Source: Marsupella aquatica (Eukaryota; Plantae; Marchantiophyta). From it: DNA of 64,000 nucleotides. Below are positions 26,401 through 39,354 of this stretch, piece after piece. Position 1 is the stretch's first letter, and the number at the start of each line of letters is the position of its first letter. The notes under the pieces were generated by a model. That model did not search any database. It was not told the origin of the DNA and worked only from the letters and a program-made list of their open reading frames with translations. Location: the NCBI GenBank assembly GCA_973895155.1, contig OZ316897.1, forward strand, positions 20,339,224 to 20,403,223. The letters run 5' to 3'. Position numbers and translations under genes: made by a program.

Positions 26401-29400
26401 GCACGCGGTGGACACTTGGTTTGGGAAGTTGAGACCTGCCCTGGTGAGGAGAGACTCAGCTGAATTAAAGTTACCATCATGATTACCGAGCAAAGCCAGG
26501 CTCTACATGTACAAAATAGTCTCTTAATGGGGAGGGAGAAAGAAACAAGGGGTGACCAGGTGCGTGTCTGCCTGGTTCAAAAGCCCATGCCTAGCACAGT
26601 GCACCAGACTTTGGGACAGGGTAGAGGCCATGCCCAACCGCCCACATGGGATGTGTCAAGTTTCAAACCTGGGTGTCCAAGGTTCGAACCACTTGGTCTA
26701 CCAGCTAGACAAGCAAGGTTGTTGCAAAGTGACGCAGTAAAGTAGACGAGTAGAGTAGGTTGTTCTTGCCCAGCTACAAATGTTCCAGCTACAAATGTTT
26801 GTTGGTGAAGAGAACCATATTTACAAGAGGAGATGAGATCCATGCATGTCAAAGCTAAAATAGTGGATCGAGTTAATGGAGAGTTTTCTGAATATGATAG
26901 AATGACTTGTTTGGTAAAGGAATTAAACAACTACAGTAAAATGTTTGGTTCTGTTCAATAATTCAAATTGTTTTCTCTGCTCACCTCTAGCTATGACATC
27001 ATCCAAAACAAATAGCAGCAATTCTTTACATCAAACTACAACCAATTAGGGCCCCTTTTTTCACCTGGCCTGTGTCAAGACTAATAACCTGAACGAACTT
27101 GAAAATGTACGTCTTGAGACTGTAAATTTATTGCAATTTGATGAAGGGCCACGTTTCTTTCTAGTGGCTGAAAGTTGGCAACCCATGGCATTTATCAGAA
27201 AGCGTGCAATTGGGCTAATCAGGACCAAGAGAAGTCTATCAATGGTTTATGGATCATATACTTTAGTGGTCCCAGATTCCAGTGTAGCCACAAACAGATG
27301 TTTTTAGTTCTTTGAGCTAAAATTTATGTTCAATACAAATTATATGAAAAAAAACAAAAACAAAGGAAAAAAATCTCAATGAGAATGCACCTTAATTGAG
27401 GACCCTCAGAATAAGTGCTTTGCAAACTCCATGGCATCAAGTATGGCCATGTCAGCATTTCTGCCATAAACACAAACCACCATGTTTGCAGTGACAAACA
27501 AACACTACTGCTGGTGTTTGTCATGATGCCAGAAAAAATGGGTAGACCGGGAAACCATAAAAGTTGGGTAAATCTAAACTTGACATCCCAAGCAACAAAA
27601 GAGTGAGTGATAGCGAGTGATAAAAATTACCCAATAGAATCTAATTATTTTTACTTGTTGAATATGAAGATAATGTCATAAATAATTATTTAAATCTAAT
27701 ATATATATATCACTTTATCTGGCGTTCTATATTGTAACAGCCTTATTTTCGTCAGACATAACAAGTCTGTGGTGAGGTGCAGGGATCGGAGACAAGGCTC
27801 CCTTTCATGGCTTTTGATGTTGGAGATGCACTGAAGGTCCAAGGATATATATGAAAGGCAGTAAGGATTGAGAGAGCAGGCAGGAATTGTTAGGGAGGCT
27901 GATGGGACTTGAAGAGGAGGATTTGAATGCCCAACAAAGGATTTCCAGGCGACCATAGCATACCCAAATGATACGCAAAAGCTGCCATCGACTAGTGTTT
28001 ACAAGGTTAGCTCAGTTTTCTCCGACAATCCTATGTCAATGAAATTCAATGTACTGCTTACAATTTATGTGTTCAAGCACTCATAAGCGTACAATGTTTT
28101 TTTTGGTTTTGCTCTTGTTGTGCAAGGCGCTCACAGCAGACCCTATGCAGTCGTTCTGCAATGGAATCGAACATGTGTCAGGTCTTGGGTGTGACTCCCT
28201 GCTTTGGCTCTGGAGGTACTACGGTAGCTATTGCTGAATTGGTTGGAACCCTGATTTTTTCTCCCACTTTACCCATGGTGTCCACCAACTAATTAACTTC
28301 AAATGAGATCCCAGGATGAGATCATGACCATAAAAGTTACTGCTATGCATATATTTGACCAGATTTAGATGGAAGAGTGAGTTTAGCTAGTCCACCTTAC
28401 TACTAGATGAGTTTACTAAACTCTTGATTAGCCAGACCACCTGAAAATGTTATTTAAACCATTGCCATGGATTCTGCAATAGGGGATCATCTGATTTATG
28501 ATTAAAGCATTACAAGTGCACAATGACAAGAAGTACAATCAGATATATATCAAGTTACCTTATAGACAAGCCATTTCCTGCACTCAGATTGTATATATTT
28601 TTACTGTTCCTATTTAGGTTTCTCCTATGAAGACTTTCCTTTGTATTTTTGTCCATTTGATATTGGAGGTAAAAGACCCTTGTACATTTTTAATTTATTT
28701 TGTATCCTACATTTCAAGTAACCCCTTTCAATTATTTTTGGAAAGTTTTTGCCTTTCCCCCAATTTTCATTTATTTTCCAATTTGAATTTTGACACCAGT
28801 CAGAGGATCGGAGCAAACAACTCAACAAAACATTGGTCAAGCCCAGACGTGAACCCTGCACCTTTAGGTTCCCAATAGCCATCCACACCATTTGTGAAGC
28901 CCCGGGAAGACCCTGGTATTGTCTAGAAAAACGGCAGACTATAAGCCTAGACAAATGTCTAAGAATACTTCTAGGGAGTGCAATTGGTAGGTTGGGTACA
29001 TCTCGTATGAGCTAACTCTACATCTGGTACAGGAAGCTAGTGCAAGCCGTCCACAAGGTACCCGTAAGACAGAGTGAGTATGACACTTATGGATTAATAA
29101 GAGGAGCCAAGGAGAGTGTTTCTGTAGTTAATTCTTAAGGCATGCAACAAAGAAACAAGTGAACATTTCGGCCATTTTTAAGGGATTTGACCTCTTTTAA
29201 TTATTAATTTTTTCTGAAGGGGGTAGACAGCTTTTCCTGGGTTGGTACTTTTATTGGTTCACTAGGAGGTCATATAAGTGTTGCATTGACTCTGCAAGGA
29301 ATAAACTCTGTTGGACAGAAGTGTTGCCAAAACACAAACCACGACTCCCAAGGAAGAAGTCGATGGCGTGCACAATGTCCATCGGGCCGGAATGGGCGAC

Positions 29401-30698
29401 AACAAGTGAAAGGTGCCAAAACATAAACCCAAAGTTGATGGCACAAAGTTGATTGGGCTAAAGCAAGTGACAAAATGGTAAAATCTTGGTTTATGTTTTG
29501 AATTGGCAAACTTGGGCTGGAGCGGGCAGCAGCATTGGGGACTGGGACAGGCAGTGTATGGAGCCCCAGGAAAATGAGGGAGCATTAAGGCATTGTAGAT
29601 TAACATGCAATCATCCCCTACTACATTTTTTTATCCAATCTTGGAGATAATTTTAATTAAGTACTACTTAAGTGATCTTAAGTCTGAAATTGGATTACAT
29701 ATTGAGTGAGCATTACCTCTGTCATATAGAGAGTCTTACCGTGTAACATTGGATCATTGCACATTGAGTGACACAGAAAGTAATCCAGAAGAATATTGGA
29801 GAGGGACGATCTCTGGCTTTCCCTCAAGAGATAGTTCCAAAGGAGTCGAATGCTCGGAACACACCCATTTCAAATGCAAGAAGTTGGACGATGTTGAATT
29901 GAAATCCATTAACGTTAACATCTTTCACGTGTTCCTAGACATATGGATATTACAGTTCCAATGAAATCCGTCTTATTTCTTCACATTCAACTACTGTAGC
30001 TGCGGAGATTAAAAACTTTGGTGTGCGAAGATATAAACTAATCGAAGAAATCACGACAATAGCAAAGATTCCACAATACTACTTTCTACAGAAGTTCAGA
30101 CTAGCGGACAACTTTTCAATGAATGACGTCAGATGATGGATTAATTTATTATATCTAGACCACTGATCTTCCGCCTTCGGTCACCTGAAGACATCTGTCG
30201 TAGAAAACGTGGTCGAGAGGTGAAGGATTTTACACCTGGTCAGCTTTCTTCGAATAGGTCCGTAGACGCGACGCGAGCTTGTCTTCGGTCACTGAAGCGT
30301 TTGTTGTAGGGAAACTTGACGATAGCTCTTGGAAAACATCTCACACCGTGCTGGCCTTCTTCCTGCCTCGATAAGACAGCTCCACGGTCAGTGAGGCTTG
30401 CTGTTTGCATTTACATCGTTCTGCTGCAGTGCATATTTCGTGAGTCCCACGATCTCGGTGGATTGCTATGGCTTGCAGAAGTCCATGTAATGAACGGGCT
30501 TCTGAGCCAGTGAGGGTGTACGTCCTCCGCGTTAAACCGGTGTTTATTGTTGGCTGAGCGGAAAGAGGGATATGTTGCCGTAGTTGTTTCCATTTTGTAC
30601 TTCCTGGGAAAGATTGAGATCACGAGTCTTGGTGGTCAAAGAGGTACTTTCCCTCGCAAAGAGAAACATCAACTCTTCTCCAATCTCGAGCAAGCAGA

Positions 30699-33600
30699 AT
30701 GGAGCGTGGGTATCCAGGCTCCTCTTCTAAATCTCCACAAGCATCTTGGTCGAAGACCCTGAGATCAGATGCTCAAGAGGTAGTCCCCAGTCCAGACCAC
30801 GAGGATTCTTGCAGTGAGATTCATGTTGACTTCTATTGGTCCGGATGACATGTCTTTCAGATTCTGAACAATCTCGTTGATTAGATGTTGTTAGAAGTGA
30901 TGATTTAGGACTCGTCTCAGTCTCTCATCTTTGGAAATGATTCAATCTTATCCCAACTGATTTGGCATTCTGTACCATATTGTGCACAGAGAATTAACTT
31001 GCACCATTGTGGTTTGCGTTCTCAGGTGTCTCAATTGAATTCCTCTGTGTACGAATTGCATGGTCCGCTCGGCGAACCAAGCATGGACGTCTTATTTTTC
31101 CATGGATTCCAACACGGGGATTATAAAGATGCCCATTTGTCTACGTGGAATTGTGGAGACGGGTCCTCCATTTGGCCACAAACTTGGCTGGTGGAGAAGT
31201 TTCCTGATGCCCGCATTCTGTCTGTTTCCTACGATGCTAGTGTTATTAAGAGTTGTGAAGGTGGAACAATTGACATGCACCTCATAAGCGAGAACTTGAC
31301 ATCAGATCTGCTGACTGCAAACGTCGGACAAGAACCCCGCCCTGTCGTATTGGTTGGTCATAGTTTTGGAGGATTGGTCATAAAGGACATATGCGTGTAT
31401 GCATCAAGCACAACAGGCCGCTTGAAGCGGAACTCTCTGAAAAACTTTCAGCTAACTGCATTTTTGGAAAATGTAAAGGGGATCTTTTTCTATTCTACAC
31501 CGCATCAAGGAGTCGCCAGCTGCATAGCTGAACATTTTGTGGCTGAAGGTCCTTTATTGGAATATGTGAAAACTCTTAGTACTCCAAGAGCAAGAGTCAA
31601 TTTTTATTTTGACAATCTCTGCGGAAAAGATGGACAATACAAGATGTGGCAATTTGCAGGAGTCGGAGAAAGTTTTCCAACCAAATTGGTAAGAAGTACT
31701 TCCACTTTTACTTGATTCAAAGAATTGATATGAAAAAGTTATCCATTTACTAATTCTAGTGACAGTCTTCTACGGGAAAAAATCCTCTACATATTCTTTC
31801 AGCCAAAAGTATCCAGTTGGGCTACAATACGAACTTCTCTTCTCACTGTTTTTCCTAGCATACTCCTGCGTAGATTCTGTTGATTCATACGGCCCTGGAG
31901 TCGTTGGAGATGTAGAAATAAGCGAGATTGGTAAGCACATCATTTTCTAGTTTCTATATTTGGAGTTCGGGATACTTTTTGAAATTGAGGCCATCATCGG
32001 TGGAGTCAAATGATCCTCAAATGTCCTACTAAGTATTATCAAAATCTAAGGTTCACACATGCTCAGCATAATTCTCCATTTATAGTATGAATCGAATTAC
32101 GTAATGTACAGCAAGCTTTCAAAAGTGCAATCAACGATATCAATCATGATGGCACATTGACAGAAGTAGTGATATGGTATTTGTTGAAATGATATCTGAC
32201 ATTGACTTGTTCAGTCCTGCGTCGTCATTCATATCTCTTAAGCTTTTATTTACTGTTGGTTGGCACACGAAGCATGCAGAGGATGAGCCAAGGTCTCGAT
32301 GAGAGTCATAGGAACGAGATTTGTTTTGCTATATATGGTAACATTTCGTCTTTGCTGAACTTTTTTGCAGGGTAGTTTTAGTGATATAGTTGTTCAAGAA
32401 GGATCTGCAAGATATGGCACTAGTTTCAACATTGTGGAAAGAGCAGACCACATTTCTGTCTGTAGACCGATGGAAAAGACTTGTAGAAGTTTCTCTGCCC
32501 TGACAAATTTTCTTGAGGACCTTGGTGTTAATTCAAAGGTGGAGTACCTCGATCCCTGAAATGGATTGTATTTGCTCAGTTGGTTTTGGACAGCAAGTTA
32601 CTTACCGTTCTGTTAGTTTCTGTTTATCTCTGCATCGACTGCCATCAACATGAGAGAAAACAATGATGTCCATTGCCAGATGAAAACTTGTCCCTTCTCA
32701 AGAGCACGTGGGTAACCATTCTTTTAGAAAGTGAACGTTCATGCTCAGAAGGTTTTGATCTGTTTTCCAGAAAAAGCAGTCTACTGCTGTAGGGGTGTTT
32801 CTCATTCCATCCAGTCTGGACAGATTATTTCAATGTTCAAAGTGTGTTCCGCTTGGCAGATCAAAGTCAAAGTTGTCCTTTCCATCAAGGTTACGCCAAT
32901 TGTAATCCTTTTCATTGTATACTTCATAAGCCCTGTTGTTGGAAACTGTTGCTGTGGAGAACTTCTGATAGTACATATGTAGAAGAGATTTGATCAGACA
33001 CAATGTTTATAAGGTTTTCTGCATGCGCCAAATGGATTTTTCCCTCTCAGGCACTATTATAAAAGTCCCACTGTCAGACAGGAGTACTGTACACCACTTC
33101 AAAGTCCCTCGGCTTCGGAGTATTGATTATAATGTAGCTTGGACGCGTGCAGAAGAAAGGCTCTACTAGCACCACCAAAGAAGGAACAGGAAGAAAGTGT
33201 GTTTGACAACTCTCTGTCATTCCCGACAATTTTCTTAACTTCTTTTACATAATCATATATGACTGAACGCATTGTATCGATCATTCCAGGCAATGGTGTA
33301 TGGGCTCCCAGATTACCCTACTGCTTTGGAGAGGCGTGTTTTCGAGGTTCAACAGAAGTTAACAACTACTCCCGTTTTAGGAATTGTGGGTATGGGTGGC
33401 GTCGGGAAAACCACCATTCCTATGGAGCTATTTAACAACATCTCTCGACAATTTGAATACACATGTTTTGTGGACAATGCCAAACGCATGGCTCTGCACG
33501 AGTTGAAGGATTGGGTACTCAACCATTTTCTTCGGAATGCATCTAGGGTGGACCAGAATTCGTTGGAATGGTCTGATCTAAAGAAGAACAAAATTCTGAT

Positions 33601-36362
33601 CACGATGGATGATGTCGACTCGGAAAATCAAGTCAGAATTCTGCCTAGATTGGACGAGTTTGGGAGTGGCAGTCGACTGATCTTTACCAATCGGGATAAA
33701 GGTGTTTTGAATACTGTTTCAAATTGTGCCATCTACGAAGTTCAGTTCCTCAAGCCTGACGAGGCGAAGAAGCTCTTCTGCCAACATGCATTTCAGCAAG
33801 AAGGAATTCCGGACGATCTTACGGATGTGAATTGTCACTTGGAAGAAAACGTGAAGAAAGTGGTTGCGAAATGTGCCGGCTTACCATTGACGCTCGAAGT
33901 ACTGGGGTGCTATCTGAGGGATCACAAGACTAATGCTAGGGTCTGGAAGGAGACATTAGACCAGCTCGGAACAGCTCAATCGGTTGATGGACTTCGTATT
34001 GACAGACTCTGGAGTTCATTGAGACTGAGCTATGATGCTCTGTCGCCCAACGAGCAAGGAATGTTCATCGAATCTGGGACTTGTTTTTTTGAGATGCGGG
34101 TAGAGACCGCCCTTGCTGCTTGGAGCACTGCTTTTGGAAATTCAGACTCGAGGTGGGCCAACTTGCTGAGGACATCCATGGTGAAGGAAGTCGACAAGAC
34201 TGAATGGGATACCAAATGGCTGAAGAACATCAAATACAAGGAAGTATGGGTGCATGAACAGCTGCGTGATTTGGCCAAACAGCTCTCCAAGGGGGCCATC
34301 ATATCAATTTCTGGTGGAGAAAGTGATATAGCAGCGGATCTTCTCAATACAAATGCGGTAATTACTGAACCAGAAACTTTGACACAAAAACAACTGTCGG
34401 TTATGATGTAGTATGGAATTTGATGACAGAAATGCCAAGACTTTGTAGACTTTTCTTGGAAGCGGTAGACCCCCAAATCATGTCTCTCAGGGATTAAATT
34501 TGAAGTCATTACGGTCGTGCAATATCTGTTTTAAATGAAGACTCCAATAATGTAATTGATGCTTAAGTATTGAACCTTTTCGGTAAAAGAATGCTAATTT
34601 AAAATTACTCTCCAATGGATACTTTTCTGGCTTTACAGGGAAAGTCTCCATTGGAGAGGACCCGAGATAAAATGTGCTTTTGTCAACAGGTGCACCCAAC
34701 GCACCCAACGCTTCAGCTAAAACTACTGGATAAGTTCGAAAACCTCAAGTATTTGGAGCTGATTTATATTTTACCCAAAGGGTCCAGCAAACCTTATCAA
34801 GGAAGCTTTGCTTACTTGTATGCGCTGGTCCGATGAATGAGGGGCTCCAACTCCTCACTATCAGTCTGGAGAACATGAACAATCTTGCTTGCTTACGCCT
34901 CAACCGCTGGAGGATGCCGAAGAAAAGTCTTGAAGCATTGGGGCAGCTCAGCAACCTACGAATTTTGTCTGTCAGTGATATACGGGGGCCTTCCCTTCTG
35001 CCGGACAATTTTGGTCATCTGTACCAACTGAAACGGTTGGAGTTGGCTGATGTCGGGTTGACTGCACTGCCGCATTCGTTTGGCAACCTTTCGGCCCTCG
35101 AACATTTGCTCTTATCCGGGATGTCAGAACTTGTGGAGCTTCCCGAATCTTTTGGGAATCTCTGTTCCTTGGCAACGTTGGGCGTTTTTAAGTGTCGCAA
35201 ACTTCGACGTCTGCCCGAATATTTTGGGAATCTCTCTTCCCTTGCAATATTACTCATCAGAGATTGTCACCACCTTCGAAGTCTGCCCGAATCGTTCTGG
35301 CAACTCTCCTCGCTGACCGAGTTGCGCATCCAGGATTGCACGTACTTTAACACTCCAGAGCCTAGACAAGTTTTCGGGTCGGGTGACAACTTATCTTCCC
35401 TGAAGTCTCTGCGTCTAGAAGGGTGTTCATGGCTACGCAGGCTGCCTGCGAGTTTTGAGCTTGTTCCGTTGCTGGAAGAACTTGATCTGATTTACTGTCC
35501 AGTGTGGAATCTACCGGAAATAATTGGCCAAGTGAAGTCTCTGAGGAGATTGAGCATAGATCGTGCTCGGATCCTCTATGACCTACCTGACAACTTTGGG
35601 AATTTAGCTGCCCTCACATATTTGCGTCTCGAAGGCTGCTGCGGATTTAAAAGATTGCCGGCGAGTTTCGGGAATCTCTCGGCCTTGGAAGAATTAAAAT
35701 TAGCAAGTTGTAACCGATTACAAAGATTACCTGACACTTTCGGCCAGCTCTCGGCTCTAAAGAGGTTGTTTATAAGAGGGGCCGACGAACTTGAGGAGCT
35801 ACCAGACAGTTTTGGGAACCTCTCTTCACTGGAAACTTTGTCTATCGCGGCCAATAAGTTGCAAACGTTGCCGGTTAGCATAGGGCAGCTTCCAGCGCTG
35901 AAGAAACTAGATGTTCGGGCGAAAATGCTGAGTAGTTTACCAGAAGAGCTTGGTGACCTCTCGTCTCTAGAAATCCTTCGGATTGGAAACTGTTTGGATT
36001 TAGAGACCCTTCCGGGCAGATTAGGGTGCATTTCGTCCCTGAGAGCAGTGATACTTGACGACTGCAGCGAATTGAAGAGTCTACCAGATAGTTTGGGAAA
36101 GACCTTCTCGCCTCATGGAGACGGAAGTGCAGAGACGAGGAACCCAGTAGCCGGCCATCCCTCCCAAAAAGCATTGACGGGTGGATTATGGCTACATATT
36201 CAGAAGTGTCCATTCCTTGGTAAGTCAGTACTGCAAACATTGGGCTGGATTGAGGCCGATGAAAAGGATTTTGTTCGAGGAGGTCACGACAGTATATTTG
36301 TTGGGTGTTTCGGAAAGTGGTACGTGAGACAATTTCCCGGTGAGGACAGCAGACCCAACTGA
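30699..36362 (+). pseudogene. HNL immune receptor copy 2, frameshifted at the start of the LRR exon. Exons 30699-30779, 31026-31688, 32371-32538, 33290-34357, 34690-36362.
   Basis: Same domains and splice sites as copy 1. 'tcc agc aa- acc tta tca' versus copy 1 'tcc atc aac acc tta tca' is a 1-bp deletion at ~34790, giving a TGA at 34834-34836. The LRR frame 34833-36362 stays open. Confidence 0.85.
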
Positions 36363-36696
36363 ATTGAAGGTACCATCATGATTGAGGACCGAAGCGAGGT
36401 TCTAGACGGACAGAAAGGCCGTCTATCAATGCGCAGGGAGAGAACAGAGGGAGACCAGGTGCGTGTCTTCCTCGCACGAAAACCAACGCCTCTCCCCACG
36501 AGGACTGTCCACTGGTCTTTGCGGGAGGGGATCGCCATGCGCATGTGTGCATCTGGTCTGTTGTAAGTTTCAAACCTGGGTCTAGCAACGAGGCAAGCAA
36601 GCTTGTTGCAAAGTGATGGAGTACCACTTTTCAGATTCACAACAATCTTGAGCCCATCGTCCTGTGAACCCACTGTGCTCCCACAGGAATTGTCCC

Positions 36697-36699
<3 letters not shown>

Positions 36700-36727
<28 letters not shown>
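36700..36727. repeat. (GA)n microsatellite
   Basis: About 14 GA units. Confidence 0.95.
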
Positions 36728-37756
36728 GTGCGTCTTCCAGAAACGACTGGGAGCTATGGCCGTTCGAGTCAAAGGTTCACCTTCATTCCAATTCTGACAT
36801 GGCAATTTAGGTTCAAGATGCCAAAAATTTATGAAGCACAGTCAGGTCTCATGACTGGAACCACAGACTCTGAATGTGAAGCGGATCTTCCGGCCTTCAG
36901 CATCTTTTTTAGGCCTATTGTAATCAATTTACATTTGTGGATCAAGTTTCTTGACGCCATAGCAGAGTCTTAATCTAAAAAGAAATTCTTCACAATTCTA
37001 GCAGGGGAAACTTGTTGAAATGACTGGTTCTAGGCAACCCACAGAGGAGGAAGAATAGTTGCACAAAGAGTGAAAGGCTGAGAAGTCCCAAACAACTTCA
37101 AAAGGTGATTATGGGATTGAAACTTGGTTTTGTTGCAAGCTGATTAAGGGGGATTAAGGGGGATTAAGGATCCTTTCAGTGGCTAATATTTGGCAAGGGC
37201 ATCTATCAAAAACATGTGCAATGAGGGTGATCAGTATCAAGAGTATGCTATCAAGGATAATAACGTTTAGTTAAAATGTCAGTGAGGGGCGGGAGAGATT
37301 TGGTAAGAAGGTGGAAATACAGAGCATGAACTCCTTTTCAATAATGCAACAAGCAATAGATTAGGAGATTTCTAGACAATCCGTTAAGTAGGCAACTATT
37401 GTCTTGAAAGGAAGGAGTACATCTGAAAGCTCGTCTCTTGATGAGAGCCCAAACCAAATTCAGGTGCATAGTGGTCTCATGTAAGCTCTTTGTACAACAT
37501 GCCAGCCAAGTAGCAATACTTTGAATTCCATCTGACCTGAAAACTATGAGAAATGAGGGGTGTGAGCCAAGCAGTTGATCTTTGGGGTAAGGACAGGTAA
37601 ATGTTAGACATGGGTATAGATGGTGATATATTAAAAATGCATGGCCGAGAGCAAATGTACAATCCAGAAAGCAATGGGTCCGTCCCCAGAGTCGTGCACT
37701 ACAAGCATAGGACGTTTAAAAAAATTAGAATTGTGATGTGCATCTATGATTGGAGG

Positions 37757-37917
37757 TATTTGTTTGATGGGACCCCAATATGAAAAGTTTCACTTGATAG
37801 GACCCGTGAGTGATCCGGAGTGATCCAGACCATTGATTGACCTTGAATCAACGCACCTAAAACTTCAGGGGTCCTATCAAGTAAAATTTTTCATTTTGGG
37901 GTCCCATCAAGCAAATA
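37757..37917. repeat. Inverted repeat with ~53-bp arms and a ~55-bp spacer (MITE-like or hairpin)
   Basis: tatttgtttgatgggaccccaatatgaaaagtttcacttgataggacccgtga is the near reverse complement of tcaggggtcctatcaagtaaaatttttcattttggggtcccatcaagcaaata. Confidence 0.85.
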
Positions 37918-37927
37918 TCTTTTGCGA

Positions 37928-38035
37928 TTGTGGTACAAATGTTTAACTTTTGAAGGATACCTCTACTCTTTGTATCAAGGGTTGTGGTACAAGTGTTTAA
38001 CTCTTGAAGGATACCTCTACTCTTTGTATCAAGGG
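37928..38035. repeat. 54-bp tandem duplication
   Basis: ttgtggtacaa[a/g]tgtttaact[t/c]ttgaaggatacctctactctttgtatcaaggg occurs twice. Confidence 0.9.
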
Positions 38036-39342
38036 ATGTGTCACGGAGATATTTGCACAGTTCAGGCAAAGGGAGAACTGTACTCAACAGCCATGTGTCC
38101 AAAGAAAATATGGTGGATCCAGGTTACAAAAATTAGTTCGAGGACCCCCTGAGACAGATAAACTTGAATACATTCAACAAATTGGATCAATGAAAGAGCA
38201 CTCTTGCCCATCCCTTCATTCATAGTGGAAATGAGAGCTACGGGTACATATATCTGCAACTGTGGTTTAAGGGTTTCCCGGCCTGCAAGACATTTGCCTA
38301 CTCCATCTGTTAGTAGGAGGAATTGCCAAATAATGTACGTAGGATTTGTTTGTAACTTACAGGAGGAATATTTAATATTCCTACTAAATTCACCAAAAAC
38401 TGGCTTGGGTGAGAGGGCAAATTGTGAGATCTAAGAGAATAGGGGTAGCCATTAGCTTTGTCATGTTATCTCAAGTCATCAAGCCATTCCCTTTGTCATC
38501 TCAAGCCATCTAAAATGTATCATCTACAACTGCGATTACCACTTGGAAACCCAACAGTTTCTTTTTACTTTATCAAATATTTATTACAAAACTTTGGAAA
38601 CTCAACAGTTTGTTTTAACTTCACCAAATACATGTTACAAAACCTTGGAAGCCCAACAGTTTGTTTCTACTTCCTCTAGCCGTGTGTCTATTTGAAAATC
38701 TTTGGAAATTAAAAAAACTATCATTTAATGCAAAAAACTGATATATCAATTCTAGAACTTCCAAATGTTAATTTCTCTTTACCTCATTCTTTGTTTGTTT
38801 CAACTTTACTTTTCAGTTTTTTTTATCATTTTTACAGTTACCGGGATTGACAGTTTTTTATTGCCTTATCACAAACACGAACCATCAGGTTTTGTTCTTC
38901 TTTCACATATATCTAGATTTTCTTGTTTGTGACCATTCCTGCTGATGTGGCTCAACGTGGTGCCAGGGATTTTGGAAGGAACTTCCCATGGGGGTCCGTA
39001 ATTAGTCAGGTAACCCAAATTAGTCAATTATAATGTGCCCCCCTTCCATATGATGTCTCTCATATTCACCACATCATTGTGCCTTCAGCTAGGTCTACCC
39101 CATCCATGCCTCCTAGGCCAATCTGCCACTTGTCTTCGTGGGAGCATCTCTAGCCCAGGAAGGAGTCCATATTCCCAAGTGTGGTTATGGGAGTGAGAGG
39201 ATTGTGACGTGGTTTAACTACAAAACCACAGTAGACCCTAATTAAAAAGCATTAGGGTGAACCACGTATCTCTCTGTGTTGACTCTTGTGCGTTGGATGG
39301 TTCGTGGGCTTGCCGTTGTGATTGTCGTCTATGCTCAACAAT

Positions 39343-39354
39343 TGGTATCAGAGC
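39343..39354 (+). promoter_or_regulatory. Primer binding site (initiator tRNA-Met) of Copia A
   Basis: TGGTATCAGAGC 2 nt after the LTR end. Confidence 0.92.

Noticed and set aside
25197-26404. Long antisense ORFs (250 and 234 aa) over the LRR exon; likewise 2916-3512 and 35576-36031
   Set aside because: Shadow frames of LRR coding sequence with no independent protein features.
33040-33250. Possible extra micro-exons in intron 3 of HNL copy 2 (segment absent from copy 1)
   Set aside because: Candidate AG/GT pairs give an in-frame stop or a phase mismatch with the flanking phase-0 exons.
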